Of a stretch of 32,000 nucleotides of DNA, positions 1-10,032 are shown piece by piece. The stretch spans positions 35,938 through 67,937 of the forward strand of contig DAOMZT010000004.1 in the NCBI GenBank assembly GCA_035400625.1, written 5' to 3'. This DNA is from an archaeon (GTDB lineage: Archaea > Iainarchaeota > Iainarchaeia > Iainarchaeales > CSSED10-239). The notes below the pieces were generated by a model that worked only from the letters and a program-made list of their open reading frames with translations, made no database searches and was not told the DNA's origin. How positions within the stretch are numbered: the stretch's first letter is position 1; each line of letters opens with the position of its first letter. The translations under genes were made by a program, and so were the position numbers.

Positions 1-1
1 T

Positions 2-1198
2 AAAAAATCAAAAAATAAAAATACAGATATTACAAAAAGCTTAGATTTGGATAAAATAAATGTATCTAAATTAGTTAATACAACGCCTTCTGAAACACTA
101 AAAGAATTGGATTCCAACTCAAATGTCTGGGCATCAGGATTAGCAACCACATTAAATGCAAGATTACACGAAATAGATGAAAAACAGGAAAAATTTGAAA
201 GGCTACTTAAAAAGAAAATGGATGATGAGATAAACAAATTAAAACAGATACAGGAAACTTCTAAACAATTATTAGCTCAAAAAATTGATGAAGAGCTTGT
301 AAGTAGAACAGCAAACATTAACTCTCAATTAACAAAACAACTTGCATTAATAAAAGTAGAATTAATAAAAATTAATAAAAAATCAGACCAGATGACTACT
401 GGTAGACAAGAAGTTGAAGAACTTATAAAAAATCTAAAAGATATACAAACACAAGTTGTAGAAAATAACAATAAATCTCAAGAAAATATTAACAAGATGG
501 TGTTATCAACCTCTGTAAAGTTAAACACGAAAATTAAAGAAATTAACGACATCTTATCTTTGCAATCTAAAATTACACAAGGACTAATAAAAAACACCCA
601 AAATGCAATAGCTAAGGAAATAAAAAAATTCCATCAATTTAAAGAAGAAATTGAAAGTAAAATTAATCCTCAACAGATGTATGATAAATTAAATCAACTA
701 GAAACATTTAAGCAACAACTAGCAAACAGATATGAGGCACGTTTTGAAAATGTTAAAAAACAATTTTTGGTTAAAGCAAAAGATGCTTTTAAAGAAGAGA
801 TTGAAACTCAGCTAAAAGAATTAAAAAATATTAAAGAGACAATAGTTTCAAAAACAGACCCTAAACTGATTAGTGATAAATTAGAAGAACTTGAATCTTT
901 CCAAAACCAATTAATCTCAGCAATTGATGAAAAAATATCTCAATCTCTAAAAATCTATCAATCAGCAATAACTCAGGAAATCACTTCTAAGTCAAAAGCC
1001 ATTGATGAAGAAGTTATTAAAGTTGAAAATGCAATCTTAAAATTAGGAGAAGCAGAAGATAAGATAAAAGAATTAAATCAATTTAAAGACCAGTTTATTG
1101 CAATAATTGATAAAAATATAGAAAAAATGAATAATACTTACACTAAGTTTGAAGGAAAACTAAAAGAAATAGAAGAAAAACAAAAAATGATGATATAA
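2..1198 (+). CDS. coiled-coil protein, 5'-partial (frame open to window edge)
   Basis: The reading frame has no stop from nt 2. The track start at 47 is a TTG, so the gene probably begins upstream of the window. Composition is K/E/Q/I/L-rich and heptad-like throughout. Three internal repeats of about 64 aa are visible (DKLNQLETFKQQL / DKLEELESFQNQL / KIKELNQFKDQF). Stop TAA at 1196-1198. Confidence 0.55.
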   Translation, partial: KKSKNKNTDITKSLDLDKINVSKLVNTTPSETLKELDSNSNVWASGLATTLNARLHEIDEKQEKFERLLKKKMDDEINKLKQIQETSKQLLAQKIDEELVSRTANINSQLTKQLALIKVELIKINKKSDQMTTGRQEVEELIKNLKDIQTQVVENNNKSQENINKMVLSTSVKLNTKIKEINDILSLQSKITQGLIKNTQNAIAKEIKKFHQFKEEIESKINPQQMYDKLNQLETFKQQLANRYEARFENVKKQFLVKAKDAFKEEIETQLKELKNIKETIVSKTDPKLISDKLEELESFQNQLISAIDEKISQSLKIYQSAITQEITSKSKAIDEEVIKVENAILKLGEAEDKIKELNQFKDQFIAIIDKNIEKMNNTYTKFEGKLKEIEEKQKMMI

Positions 1199-3076
1199 TC
1201 AGTTTCTTTTTATCTTAAAAATGCCTAATACGAAAAATAATATTATCAATAGGCAAATAAAGATTATACCAAATAATATTGAATTTCTAAGAGATAACAA
1301 ACCTAGTAGCTTTGATCTCTCTTTTTCGGGCTCTTCTGTTAGCTTAAAAAGTATTGGTTGCTCTAAGACATTTCCATTGTTTGCTACAAATCTTAATTTT
1401 GCATCAATATCTTCTTTTGGAACATCTCCGATATTAACCTTTACTGAGATTGTTTTTGTTTCTCCAGGATTTAATGTTATTACTTGATCTGCAACAATAT
1501 CTACGCCTTGAGGAACATTTGATAACTCAATATTGGTGATTGTTACTTTATTTCCTTTATTTCTTAAAGTTATATCAAATTCTTGTGAACTGTTTGGTTC
1601 AACTGTTAGTTTTTTAGGATATGATAATAATTCTATGTTTATTGTTTCTGAAACCTTAACTACATTAATTGTATATTGTAATTCTTCAGAAAAACCACTT
1701 GATTTTCCTTTTATCTTTACATTTAGAGAAGATAATCTAAGTTGTGTGAATTCTCCTGAAGAAACATATATTGTTAGATATTTGCTTGAATGTTTATCAA
1801 CATTAATCTTTTTGTTCTCAATTGTTGCCTTTAAATCGTTATTTGGTAAAAATTCTATTTCTATATCTTCAGATAAATCACCGTTATTTTTAAGTAATAT
1901 CATAATTGGAAGTGGCTTGCCAATTGTAAGATTTAGATTTGGTTCACTTAGGCTTTCTACTTTAAAACCATATTTTGGATTTACTATTAATTTCACGGTT
2001 TTTGAAATTGACTTAAGGCCGTCAAAAAAGTCTAATTTTATATTATAGGTTCCTGACCTGCAGTCTTCTGAAACATTAAATGTAAATTTAATAGTTTTAC
2101 TTTGATTAGGCTCTAATGTAAATTTACGATTAGAGATATCAACATATATTCCAGAATTAACATTATCTTCTGAAATATAAAATGTTCTGGTTGTGTTAGA
2201 AATGTTTTTCAAAGTATAAGAAAGGGTTTTACTTTGCCCTTTACTTATGTTTTGGGTGGTTGTTGCAGGTCCTGACACAGTAAAATCATTGTTTGGCTCT
2301 GGGCAATCTTCTGCATAAAGTGAAAATTCTTTTGTTACTTCTATCTTCTCATTTTTTATTCTTAAGGTTAAATCTAATTTTTCTTTATCTGTTACATTGT
2401 CTGAAACAATCACAGAATAATCTATTTCTTTTTCATCTTTTAAATATACTGGATTAGAATATTCTGAACTTATTACTAATTTTGGACTGCTTAAATAAAT
2501 GTTGTATAGTCCATCACTATAGTCGTTCTCTATATCAAGAGTTATTGTGTTTGTTCTACCGATACAAACATTTGTATTTGAGATATCTACTGAAAACTCT
2601 CCATCTTCTTCATCTTCTGTAACTTCTATATCTTGTCTAAATTGCTTTATTTCTTGATTTTCTGAATTTAGTAATTTGATATAAACTATTACTTCAGAAT
2701 GTGATTCCTCAAGAGCAGAAACATAAAAAGAACCAGTAAATTCTGAATTCTCTGGAAGAGTGTATTTCTTAGAATAATTACACTCTAACTCATCTTCTTC
2801 ACAATCTACCCAAACATGTATTTTTGCAACAAAGGAATTGTTGTTCTTAATTGTAAAACCTATCTTTGTGCTGGTGTCTTGCATTAAGGAGTAGGTTTCC
2901 TTATCAAAGACAAAGTCAATATTTTCTATTTTTGGCTCATTTGTTTCCGCAAAAACTGCTCTTGCAGTAAATACAGACAATAAAATAAATATACCAATAA
3001 TAAGATACTTTAATTTATTGTGATTTGGTTTTTTATAATATTTTTGAAAATCATTTAATTTTGTTTGCATAAACAT
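1199..3076 (-). CDS. cell-surface protein with N-terminal signal peptide, repeated beta-sandwich (CARDB/NEW3-like) modules and C-terminal TM anchor
   Basis: 625-aa ORF. N-terminal hydrophobic segment LKYLIIGIFILLSVFTARAVFA. Repeated motifs of the type EPNQSKTIKFTFNVSEDCRSGTYNIKL, NPGETKTISVKVNIG and EPNSSQEFDITLRNKG. C-terminal hydrophobic helix ILFGIIFICLLIILFFVLGIF followed by basic residues. Confidence 0.6.
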   Translation of the reverse strand: MFMQTKLNDFQKYYKKPNHNKLKYLIIGIFILLSVFTARAVFAETNEPKIENIDFVFDKETYSLMQDTSTKIGFTIKNNNSFVAKIHVWVDCEEDELECNYSKKYTLPENSEFTGSFYVSALEESHSEVIVYIKLLNSENQEIKQFRQDIEVTEDEEDGEFSVDISNTNVCIGRTNTITLDIENDYSDGLYNIYLSSPKLVISSEYSNPVYLKDEKEIDYSVIVSDNVTDKEKLDLTLRIKNEKIEVTKEFSLYAEDCPEPNNDFTVSGPATTTQNISKGQSKTLSYTLKNISNTTRTFYISEDNVNSGIYVDISNRKFTLEPNQSKTIKFTFNVSEDCRSGTYNIKLDFFDGLKSISKTVKLIVNPKYGFKVESLSEPNLNLTIGKPLPIMILLKNNGDLSEDIEIEFLPNNDLKATIENKKINVDKHSSKYLTIYVSSGEFTQLRLSSLNVKIKGKSSGFSEELQYTINVVKVSETINIELLSYPKKLTVEPNSSQEFDITLRNKGNKVTITNIELSNVPQGVDIVADQVITLNPGETKTISVKVNIGDVPKEDIDAKLRFVANNGNVLEQPILFKLTEEPEKERSKLLGLLSLRNSILFGIIFICLLIILFFVLGIFKIKRN

Positions 3077-3084
3077 TTCCTCTT

Positions 3085-3924
3085 TTATTTTCTATACACA
3101 TATTTAATATATTTTGTTGAGAAAGATAAAATTACAATTATTAAAATACCAACTAAAATTATTTGAAAGATTGTGGAATTTAAAATTGATTTTATATCTA
3201 TATTTTTTGCAAAAGAAACTAAACCAGTAACAACAGAAGTTACTTGTTTCTTGTTTTGTTCTGGTTCTTCTTTTTTTGGCAACTCTAGATCAACAAAGCC
3301 ATAAACTCCATTACATCTGTATTCTATCTTTGTTTCTCTTAAATCTGTTTTAAAAACTCTAACTATTTTTGTTTCTACATCGCTTGTAGCAATTACTACT
3401 CCTATTGGAGAATCTAAATTTACATCTTTTATACCTATTATGTTGATTTCTTGATCTTTATCACTAGAATTTTTAAAAGTTAAATCTAAACTATAGTTGT
3501 CTGTTTCTTTAACATAAACTATTGTGTGCTGTAAATCAATTGGACAAATTCTATTTGCTTTCTGGATAATTTCAAAATCTATTTTTTTAGAATTTTGTAA
3601 ATACATTAACTCAATGCTTACTTTATAGGTAGAATCCAAAACATTTTCTAGAGGAGAAATAACAAAAGTAATTTCTTTAGATTCGTTTGGGTTAAGAGTT
3701 ATTTTGTCTTCTGAGAAATAAGACTCATAAGGGGAAGTATAGGATACCAAAGAATATGTTTGTGCAGTAGAATATGGATTGTAAATATAAAGAGTAGCAG
3801 AGACAGGGGCATCAACTACTGTTACTTTTTTTGGAAAAGAAACTGTAGGGGAGTTATCTGCATAAATTAATTGCAAAGATAATAAGGTCACCATTATAAA
3901 TAAAAATACTTTTTTCTTAATCAT
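3085..3924 (-). CDS. surface/membrane-anchored protein (signal peptide plus C-terminal TM)
   Basis: 279-aa ORF. N-terminal VFLFIMVTLLSLQLIYA signal-like segment. Beta-rich body containing the motif LNPNESKEITFVISP. C-terminal helix IFQIILVGILIIVILSF. Lies 8 nt upstream of the 625-aa surface protein gene on the same strand. Confidence 0.55.
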   Translation of the reverse strand: MIKKKVFLFIMVTLLSLQLIYADNSPTVSFPKKVTVVDAPVSATLYIYNPYSTAQTYSLVSYTSPYESYFSEDKITLNPNESKEITFVISPLENVLDSTYKVSIELMYLQNSKKIDFEIIQKANRICPIDLQHTIVYVKETDNYSLDLTFKNSSDKDQEINIIGIKDVNLDSPIGVVIATSDVETKIVRVFKTDLRETKIEYRCNGVYGFVDLELPKKEEPEQNKKQVTSVVTGLVSFAKNIDIKSILNSTIFQIILVGILIIVILSFSTKYIKYVYRK

Positions 3925-4032
3925 ATTTATCTCTTTTTTTATGTTATTAACTTTTTCCAGTTATAATATATAATTTACTGTGGAGAAAGGCTTATAAACA
4001 TGATTTATTCTTAAAAAAAGAGAAAAATGGCA

Positions 4033-7000
4033 TTATCTAGCCATATCTAGACCAATAACAGAAGAATTGCCTTTTAGAGTTACACCAATTATTTGGTTTG
4101 CACCAGATACAATTGTGCTGTTGTGGGTTATACAGATGACAGCTACTGATTTAGATAGCTCCTTGATATAATTTAGGAGATTCTCTGAGTTTTGATCATC
4201 TAAAGAAGCATCAACTTCATCAAGAATATAGAATGGAGATTTCCTATAAGCATGAACTGCAAAGATAACTGCAAGAGCAGTTATTGTTTTTTCTCCGCCA
4301 GAGATGATGTCTATACTTTTTTTTTGACCATTCTTTATTATGTTAATTATCAATTGAGAAGTCAAAGGATCATCACCTAAAAGTTCAAGACTTCCTTTTA
4401 AAGTATTAGACATTTTTGAGATTACTGTCTTAAATTCTGCATTAACCTTATTGAAACAATCCATAAATATAGTTGTCTTTTTCAAATTTATTTCATCTAA
4501 CATTGCTTCAACTTGTGCTTTTTCTGCAACTATGATATCAAATTTCTGCATAATCTCTGAATATTCCTTTGCCAGCTTTTCATAGGAATCTATTGCATTG
4601 AAGTTAATGTTGCCTAGAGCATTCTTGTCTCTTTTTATGGCTCTAAGCTTTGAGTAAAGCTGTTCTATTGTAAATTCAACGGTCTCATATTTGTCTTTAA
4701 CCTCAAGCATTTTAATATTTTGATCTGCTTGAAGAACTTTGCTTTTTAATGTGTTAATGTTTAATCTTGCATCATTGATTACAAGATTAATTTCTGAAAT
4801 AGAAACATCAATCTCATGTATCTGCTGATTAATCAAAGAAGACTCTTGAGAAACATTTGATTTTTTTTGAAACATTTCTTGTTTTTTCTGGTCTTCAGTT
4901 TGGAATTTTTTGTTTATCTCTTTTATCTTGTTGTCTATCTCTATTATCTGATCACTATAATTGTTCATCTGTTTTTGAAGTTCTTTAATTTTAGAATTAT
5001 TAATATCTATAAGACTAGATTTGCTATCAATCTTTTCTCTTACTGTTTTTTCTTCAGCTTTCTTAGAGATTAAACTTTGCTCTAAGATGTTTGTTTCTGA
5101 GACTAAAGAATCATAATCGTCCCTTAAGGTGGTTTGAGCACCTATACTTAAGGTCTTTAGCTTGTCTTCTATCTCTTGCTTCTCTTTTCTTAGAGTAATA
5201 AGCACATTATCAAGGGCAGAGGTTTGGTCTTTGATCTGTCCAAGATTTTGTGTAATAGATTTAAGGGTTGTTGTGCTTGTGCTTGCTGATTTTATATCAT
5301 CTGTTTTTTCAATAATTTCATCAAGAGCAGCAATGTTAGTGTTAAGCTTTACTTGTAAATCTGTTAGCTCTTTGTTTTTCTCAAAATGCTCTTTATTGCT
5401 TGTTTCACGACTTTTAATGATCTCTAAAATCTTAGAATTTGCGAGTTCAAGCTCCTTTTCTATTGCTACAATTTTGCTTTCAAGCTCTTTTGGGTCTTTA
5501 ATCAATATCTTCTTATAACAAAAGCCATCAAAGTAAAAGCCATCGATGCTTTGTGCTTTAGTCTTAATGCCTGTGTGTTCAAAAAATTTCTTTGATAGCT
5601 CTTTTTCAGATGCCCCTAAAGTTGTTAAAACTACAAAATTAATGTTTGTGTGTTCTCCAATTTCTTTAATAATTTTAGAGATATCCTTAGAGTCCTTTAA
5701 AACAACATAATTAGAGTAGATGGATTTTTGAGATTTCTCAAGAGTAACAAATTCATCTAAAAAGCCAATAAAGCTATTGTGTTTTTTAAGACTTGATTTT
5801 AGCTTTTCTCTTTTATCAAGCGCTAAGGAAGTAAAAGACAGATCCTTTTTGAAACCATTTAGCTCTATGGTCTTTTGAGATATTTTTTTCTGAAGATCTT
5901 CTTTTTCCTTTTCTTCTGTTTTTAATTTTTGGATTAATTTTGAGATTTCGCTTTCAAGAGTTGCTATTTCTTTTCTTTGTTTTGAGATGGTGCCTTCAAT
6001 TTCTTTTTTTCTTTCAAGCAGGGCTTTTGATTCAGCTTCTTTTTCCTTGCTTTGTTTTTCAATAGTTTCTTTTTGAAACTCATAAGCTGATATTTTTGTT
6101 TTATTTGAGAAAAAATCCTCTTGTTTTTTAGTTATTTCTTTATTTAGGCTTGAAAGTCTTGTGTAAAGCTCTTCTTGAATCTTTCTAACTCCTTCAAATT
6201 CCTTAGAGTGCTTCTTTATCTGTTCTTTAAGGTTGTCTCTTGTTTTAGATTTTAGCTTTAATTTTTCTTCTTGTTCATTAATTATTGTCTTAATTAACTG
6301 CTCTTCTTTTTTAAGTTCTGAAAGCTCACCTGACAGCTTTTGATTTTCGTTTTCTAAATATTCTATATTTTCCTTTTTTAGATTAAAATTATTTTGAATA
6401 ATCTCTTTGTTTGCTTTGTTCTCAGAAAGCTCTCTGCCAACTGTTGATTGTACTTTTTCAGAATGGGCAATTAAATCATTATTAATATTTTCTAGTTTAT
6501 TTTCATATTCAGATATCTTTAGCAACAGTTCTTTTTTGTTCTGGTTTTTAACATCAATATCACTAACAAGTTTTGTGATTTTTGCTTCTTCTAGGAATAA
6601 CTCGCTATTGTATTCATCTATTTGCTTATTGTATAGGTTATAGCTGTAGATTTGTTCTAAACTATCAAGTTCTTTAAACTTTAATGCTGCTTCTCTTTCT
6701 GCAGATAATTGTTCAACATATGGTTTTCTTTCGTTTAAGGCAATTGATACCTTTTCTAATCTTTTATTTACTTTATCAAGATTATCTTGTGCTTCTTTTT
6801 TTCTTTCATCAAATAAAGAAATGCCTGAAATATCTTCAACTATTTTTCTTCTTTCCTCTGGGTTCATGTTGATGATCTTTGTAACATCCCCCTGCTGAAC
6901 TGTATAATAGCCATCAGCAGTTATTCCTGTTTCCTCTAAGAAAGATGTGATCTCGTTTAGTGCTTTTCTTTTACCATCAAGATAACATACAGATTTGCCA

Positions 7001-7284
7001 GATTCGTCTATTTCTCTAATAATATCTATATCTTTGCCTTCGTGGTTAAAGACAACCCTGACTCTTGCTGTTCTTTCTTTAGCAGATTGATTAACAAGAT
7101 TAGCTGTCTTATCAACTCTTAGTCTTTTTAAAGAAGTAGAGCCAAATGCAAAAATAAGAGCATCAATAATGTTGCTTTTACCAGACCCGTTAGGGCCAAC
7201 AATAACCTGAAAGCCTGATTTAAAAGGTATGCTTGCGTAGTCAAAAGATTTGAAATTCTTCAGCACAAGCTCTTTTATATGCAT
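4033..7284 (-). CDS. smc: SMC chromosome segregation ATPase
   Basis: 1083 aa. N-terminal Walker A GPNGSGKSN. Very long K/E/L-rich coiled-coil arms with a central non-coiled hinge region. C-terminal ABC signature SGGEKT and Walker B FYILDEVDASLD. ATG start at 7284. Confidence 0.93.
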   Translation of the reverse strand: MHIKELVLKNFKSFDYASIPFKSGFQVIVGPNGSGKSNIIDALIFAFGSTSLKRLRVDKTANLVNQSAKERTARVRVVFNHEGKDIDIIREIDESGKSVCYLDGKRKALNEITSFLEETGITADGYYTVQQGDVTKIINMNPEERRKIVEDISGISLFDERKKEAQDNLDKVNKRLEKVSIALNERKPYVEQLSAEREAALKFKELDSLEQIYSYNLYNKQIDEYNSELFLEEAKITKLVSDIDVKNQNKKELLLKISEYENKLENINNDLIAHSEKVQSTVGRELSENKANKEIIQNNFNLKKENIEYLENENQKLSGELSELKKEEQLIKTIINEQEEKLKLKSKTRDNLKEQIKKHSKEFEGVRKIQEELYTRLSSLNKEITKKQEDFFSNKTKISAYEFQKETIEKQSKEKEAESKALLERKKEIEGTISKQRKEIATLESEISKLIQKLKTEEKEKEDLQKKISQKTIELNGFKKDLSFTSLALDKREKLKSSLKKHNSFIGFLDEFVTLEKSQKSIYSNYVVLKDSKDISKIIKEIGEHTNINFVVLTTLGASEKELSKKFFEHTGIKTKAQSIDGFYFDGFCYKKILIKDPKELESKIVAIEKELELANSKILEIIKSRETSNKEHFEKNKELTDLQVKLNTNIAALDEIIEKTDDIKSASTSTTTLKSITQNLGQIKDQTSALDNVLITLRKEKQEIEDKLKTLSIGAQTTLRDDYDSLVSETNILEQSLISKKAEEKTVREKIDSKSSLIDINNSKIKELQKQMNNYSDQIIEIDNKIKEINKKFQTEDQKKQEMFQKKSNVSQESSLINQQIHEIDVSISEINLVINDARLNINTLKSKVLQADQNIKMLEVKDKYETVEFTIEQLYSKLRAIKRDKNALGNINFNAIDSYEKLAKEYSEIMQKFDIIVAEKAQVEAMLDEINLKKTTIFMDCFNKVNAEFKTVISKMSNTLKGSLELLGDDPLTSQLIINIIKNGQKKSIDIISGGEKTITALAVIFAVHAYRKSPFYILDEVDASLDDQNSENLLNYIKELSKSVAVICITHNSTIVSGANQIIGVTLKGNSSVIGLDMAR

Positions 7285-7547
7285 TGTTTATTCCCTTTGT
7301 TTTGTATTTTATAGATATAACTAAATTAGAATATATACTTATAATATATTATATAAAGAGTATTTAAATATAATGTTTGAAAAAATTACTACCATCAATA
7401 AATATCATCACTCGTTTTAAAGAATCAGACATTTAAATCACATTAGAAATCCTGCCATCACGAATCGAAATGATTCGCAACAACAGGGAGTTAATTATAA
7501 ATATATTATAGCGATATGTTTTTAAAGATTAAAATTGTTTGTTTTCT

Positions 7548-8009
7548 TTAAAACTTATATCCAAAAAAGCTAGTTTTAAATAATTCTACAAGAGTTTTAA
7601 CATTAGGTGCTAGATTATATTCTTCCAAATCTTTAACAGCAACATATTTGGCTTTAGAAAACACGTGTTTTTCTGTAATCCTTGGTTGTTTTGTTGATTC
7701 TCCAATAAAGTTATAGCTTCTTCTTTTTATTTTATCTGGAGTTTCAAAATCAATATAAAAAGGAGGATATTTTAATATTTTTGGCTTAATATTTACTTCC
7801 TCAAAAACTTCTCTAAGAGCAGCATTTTTTAAAGTTACATTTTTTGTTTTTCCTGCATCTAAAAGTTTAATTTTTCCACCAGGAAGTTCCCAATGTTTTT
7901 TGTCTTTTCTTTCTACTAGAAGAATCTTGTCTTTATTAAATATAATAATTCCTGAATTAACAACTCTCTCATCTTCTAAATATTTATCTATAAGTTTATT
8001 GTATTTCAT
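7548..8009 (-). CDS. NUDIX hydrolase
   Basis: Nudix box read as GGKIKLLDAGKTKNVTLKNAALREVFEEVNI (G-x5-E-x7-REUxEExGU pattern). The track start at 8018 is TTG. The first ATG is at 8009, 5 nt after the serS stop, and is preferred. Confidence 0.8.
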   Translation of the reverse strand: MKYNKLIDKYLEDERVVNSGIIIFNKDKILLVERKDKKHWELPGGKIKLLDAGKTKNVTLKNAALREVFEEVNIKPKILKYPPFYIDFETPDKIKRRSYNFIGESTKQPRITEKHVFSKAKYVAVKDLEEYNLAPNVKTLVELFKTSFFGYKF

Positions 8010-8014
8010 AAAAA

Positions 8015-9304
8015 TCAAAAAATATCATTTTTCTTTATCTCTGTCTTTCCATACATGTACTTCTGTAGCACTTTTGGTATCTTAATTGTTCCTTCTTTTG
8101 TCTGGTGGTTTTCAAGTATTGCAACAAGTGCACGAGAGGTTGCTATCGCTGTGTCATTTAAAGTATGAACATAATATTTCTCGCCTTGTCTTGTCTTTGC
8201 TTTGATATTAAGCCTTACTGCCTGAGCACTTGTTAGATTACTACAAGAAGCCACTTCAATATACTTGTTGTTTCTTGGAGACCATACCTCGACATCTGCT
8301 CCTCTGTGCTTTAAGTCCCCTAAATCTCCAGTACAGCTCTCTAATATTCTTGTTGGAAGCTCAAGAGAAACAAAAAGCTTAACTGTATTTTTAAGAAGCT
8401 CGTTATAGGCCTTTTCTGATTCTTCTGGCTTACAGATGATTATCTGTTCAACCTTATCAAACTGATGTAATCTAAACAAGCCCCTTTCATCTAGACCATG
8501 AGAACCGATTTCTTTTCTAAAACAAGATGAAAAACTAAAGATCTTTATTGGCAATTTTTCCTCATCAATAGTTTTATCTACAAACATAGAGATTAATGGA
8601 TGTTCTGAAGTTGCAATCAGATACAAGTCTTCGTCTTCAATCTTATAAGCCATATCTCTAAAAAAAGTAAAATCAACAGAGCCTTCACATGCTCTTTTGT
8701 TTATCATTTGTGGTGGAAGAACATAAACATATCCTTTCTTATGTAAAAAATCAGAAGCATAATTGATTAATGCCCTATTAAGTAATGCCAAATCACCTTT
8801 AAGATAATAGAAGCCTTTTCCTGAAACATTTCTTGATGCCTCAAAATCTGCGATATTAAGCATTTCTGCAATTTCTCCGTGATTTATTACTTCAAAGTCT
8901 AATTTTTTTGGTTCTCCAAATCTTTTGACTTCTTTATTCTCTGTTTCATCTTTGCCAATTGGTGTTTTTTTTGAAATTATGTTTGGTATTTTCTTTTGAA
9001 TATCTATTATTTTTTCATAAAGTTCTCTTTGTTTATCATCTATGACTTTTATTTTTTCTGGCAAAAGCCTAGCTTCTGCAAGCAAGTCATCTATTGGCAA
9101 CCCTTTTTGCTTGTTTTCTGAGATCTTATCAGTAACTGTGTTTCTTTTGTGTTTTAAGTCATTAGCTAATTGTATGTTTTGTCTATATTCTTCATCAAGC
9201 TTTATGACTTCATCAACTAAAGGAAGAAGATACTCTTTATTCTTATTCTTAATATTTTCTTTTACTTTTTTTATATTTTCTCTAATAAATTTCATCTCTA
9301 ACAT
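8015..9304 (-). CDS. serS: seryl-tRNA synthetase
   Basis: N-terminus MLEMKFIRENIKKVKEN followed by a coiled-coil tRNA-binding arm. Class II motifs FRKEIGSHGLDERGLFRLHQFDKVEQ, TGDLGDLKHRGADVEVWSP and LNDTAIATSRALVAILENHQ. The track start at 9313 is GTG; ATG at 9304 gives the typical ML-x-x-K-x-IR N-terminus. Confidence 0.93.
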   Translation of the reverse strand: MLEMKFIRENIKKVKENIKNKNKEYLLPLVDEVIKLDEEYRQNIQLANDLKHKRNTVTDKISENKQKGLPIDDLLAEARLLPEKIKVIDDKQRELYEKIIDIQKKIPNIISKKTPIGKDETENKEVKRFGEPKKLDFEVINHGEIAEMLNIADFEASRNVSGKGFYYLKGDLALLNRALINYASDFLHKKGYVYVLPPQMINKRACEGSVDFTFFRDMAYKIEDEDLYLIATSEHPLISMFVDKTIDEEKLPIKIFSFSSCFRKEIGSHGLDERGLFRLHQFDKVEQIIICKPEESEKAYNELLKNTVKLFVSLELPTRILESCTGDLGDLKHRGADVEVWSPRNNKYIEVASCSNLTSAQAVRLNIKAKTRQGEKYYVHTLNDTAIATSRALVAILENHQTKEGTIKIPKVLQKYMYGKTEIKKNDIF

Positions 9305-9398
9305 AAATATCACACAAAATAAATATTAGATAAAATAATAAGAACAAAAGAATATAAAAAGCTTTATTTTAGTAAAAAATAGAAATTAAAAAGAAGAA

Positions 9399-9938
9399 CT
9401 AGTCTTCTTCACAATCTTTGCTATGCTCATGTTCTGAACAATCGCTTTCACAACTAGAACAATGTCCGCCACAAGAATGTGCCATCATTTCTTCTTCAAG
9501 TTTTTTTCCTTCTTCTTCTGACAAGATTTCAAGAAGCTTTACTTTAAAAGTCAGGTTTTTGCCAGCAAGTGGATGATTCAAGATAGCATCAATTGTGCTT
9601 TCTTCGATTTTTTTAATCTCTATAGCAAGTGGGCCAATACCTGACATCACAACTATTTCTTTGCCTTCTTCTAAGTCACTTATGCCTGCAAGAAGCTCTT
9701 TTGGAAGCTTAGCGATTTCTGTATTTTTTGGTCCATAACCCTCTTCAAAAGGAATCTTTATTTTTTTCTCCTCGCCAATCTTCATACCTATGACTCCATT
9801 ATCAAAGCCAGGAATTACCATGCCAACTCCAACTTTAAACTTTAAAGGTTCTCTGCCTTTGCTTGAATCAAATATTTGGCCATCATCAAGAATCCCTTCA
9901 TATTCTACTGATATCCAATCATTTTCTTTAACACTCAT
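9399..9938 (-). CDS. slyD: FKBP-type peptidyl-prolyl cis-trans isomerase, SlyD-like, with Cys/His-rich C-terminal tail
   Basis: FKBP core read as VEYEGILDDGQIFDSS...PLKFKVGVGMVIPGFDNGVIGMKIGEEKKIKIPFEEGYG. An inserted flap region follows. C-terminal tail HSCGGHCSSCESDCSEHEHSKDCEED is typical of metal-binding SlyD tails. Confidence 0.85.
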   Translation of the reverse strand: MSVKENDWISVEYEGILDDGQIFDSSKGREPLKFKVGVGMVIPGFDNGVIGMKIGEEKKIKIPFEEGYGPKNTEIAKLPKELLAGISDLEEGKEIVVMSGIGPLAIEIKKIEESTIDAILNHPLAGKNLTFKVKLLEILSEEEGKKLEEEMMAHSCGGHCSSCESDCSEHEHSKDCEED

Positions 9939-9995
9939 TTAATTTCAGCTCCTTTTCTAAAATAAGAACATAATTCAAATTTATCCTAAATAATT

Positions 9996-10023
9996 AAAAA
10001 AAGAACCTGCAATTGTTTGCAGG
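9996..10023 (-). terminator. hairpin plus T-run immediately after the 62-aa gene
   Basis: On the minus strand, CCTGCA (10023-10018), a 6-nt loop and TGCAGG (10011-10006) form a perfect 6-bp stem. It is followed by TTC and then T7 (10002-9996). It starts 10 nt after the stop of ORF 10033-10221. Confidence 0.5.
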
Positions 10024-10032
10024 AAACTAATT

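Noticed and set aside
1221-2048. Plus-strand ORFs 1221-1487 and 1533-2048
   Set aside because: They lie entirely antisense to the 625-aa surface-protein gene. Their translations are low-complexity and F/L/S/I-rich, as expected from reading an AT-rich gene backwards, and they carry no motifs.
4867-6872. Four plus-strand ORFs inside smc (4867-5073, 5162-5518, 6407-6643, 6684-6872)
   Set aside because: They are antisense shadows of the K/E-rich SMC coiled coil. The translations are F/L/S-rich nonsense, and SMC is unambiguous on the other strand.
7451-7487. Nested hairpin CCTG...CGAATC-GAAAT-GATTCG...CAGG in the smc/NUDIX intergenic region
   Set aside because: It has only a 6-bp inner stem and a 4-bp outer stem, with no adjacent T-run. 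There are no tRNA-like T-arm or D-arm features. This is too weak to call an RNA gene or terminator.
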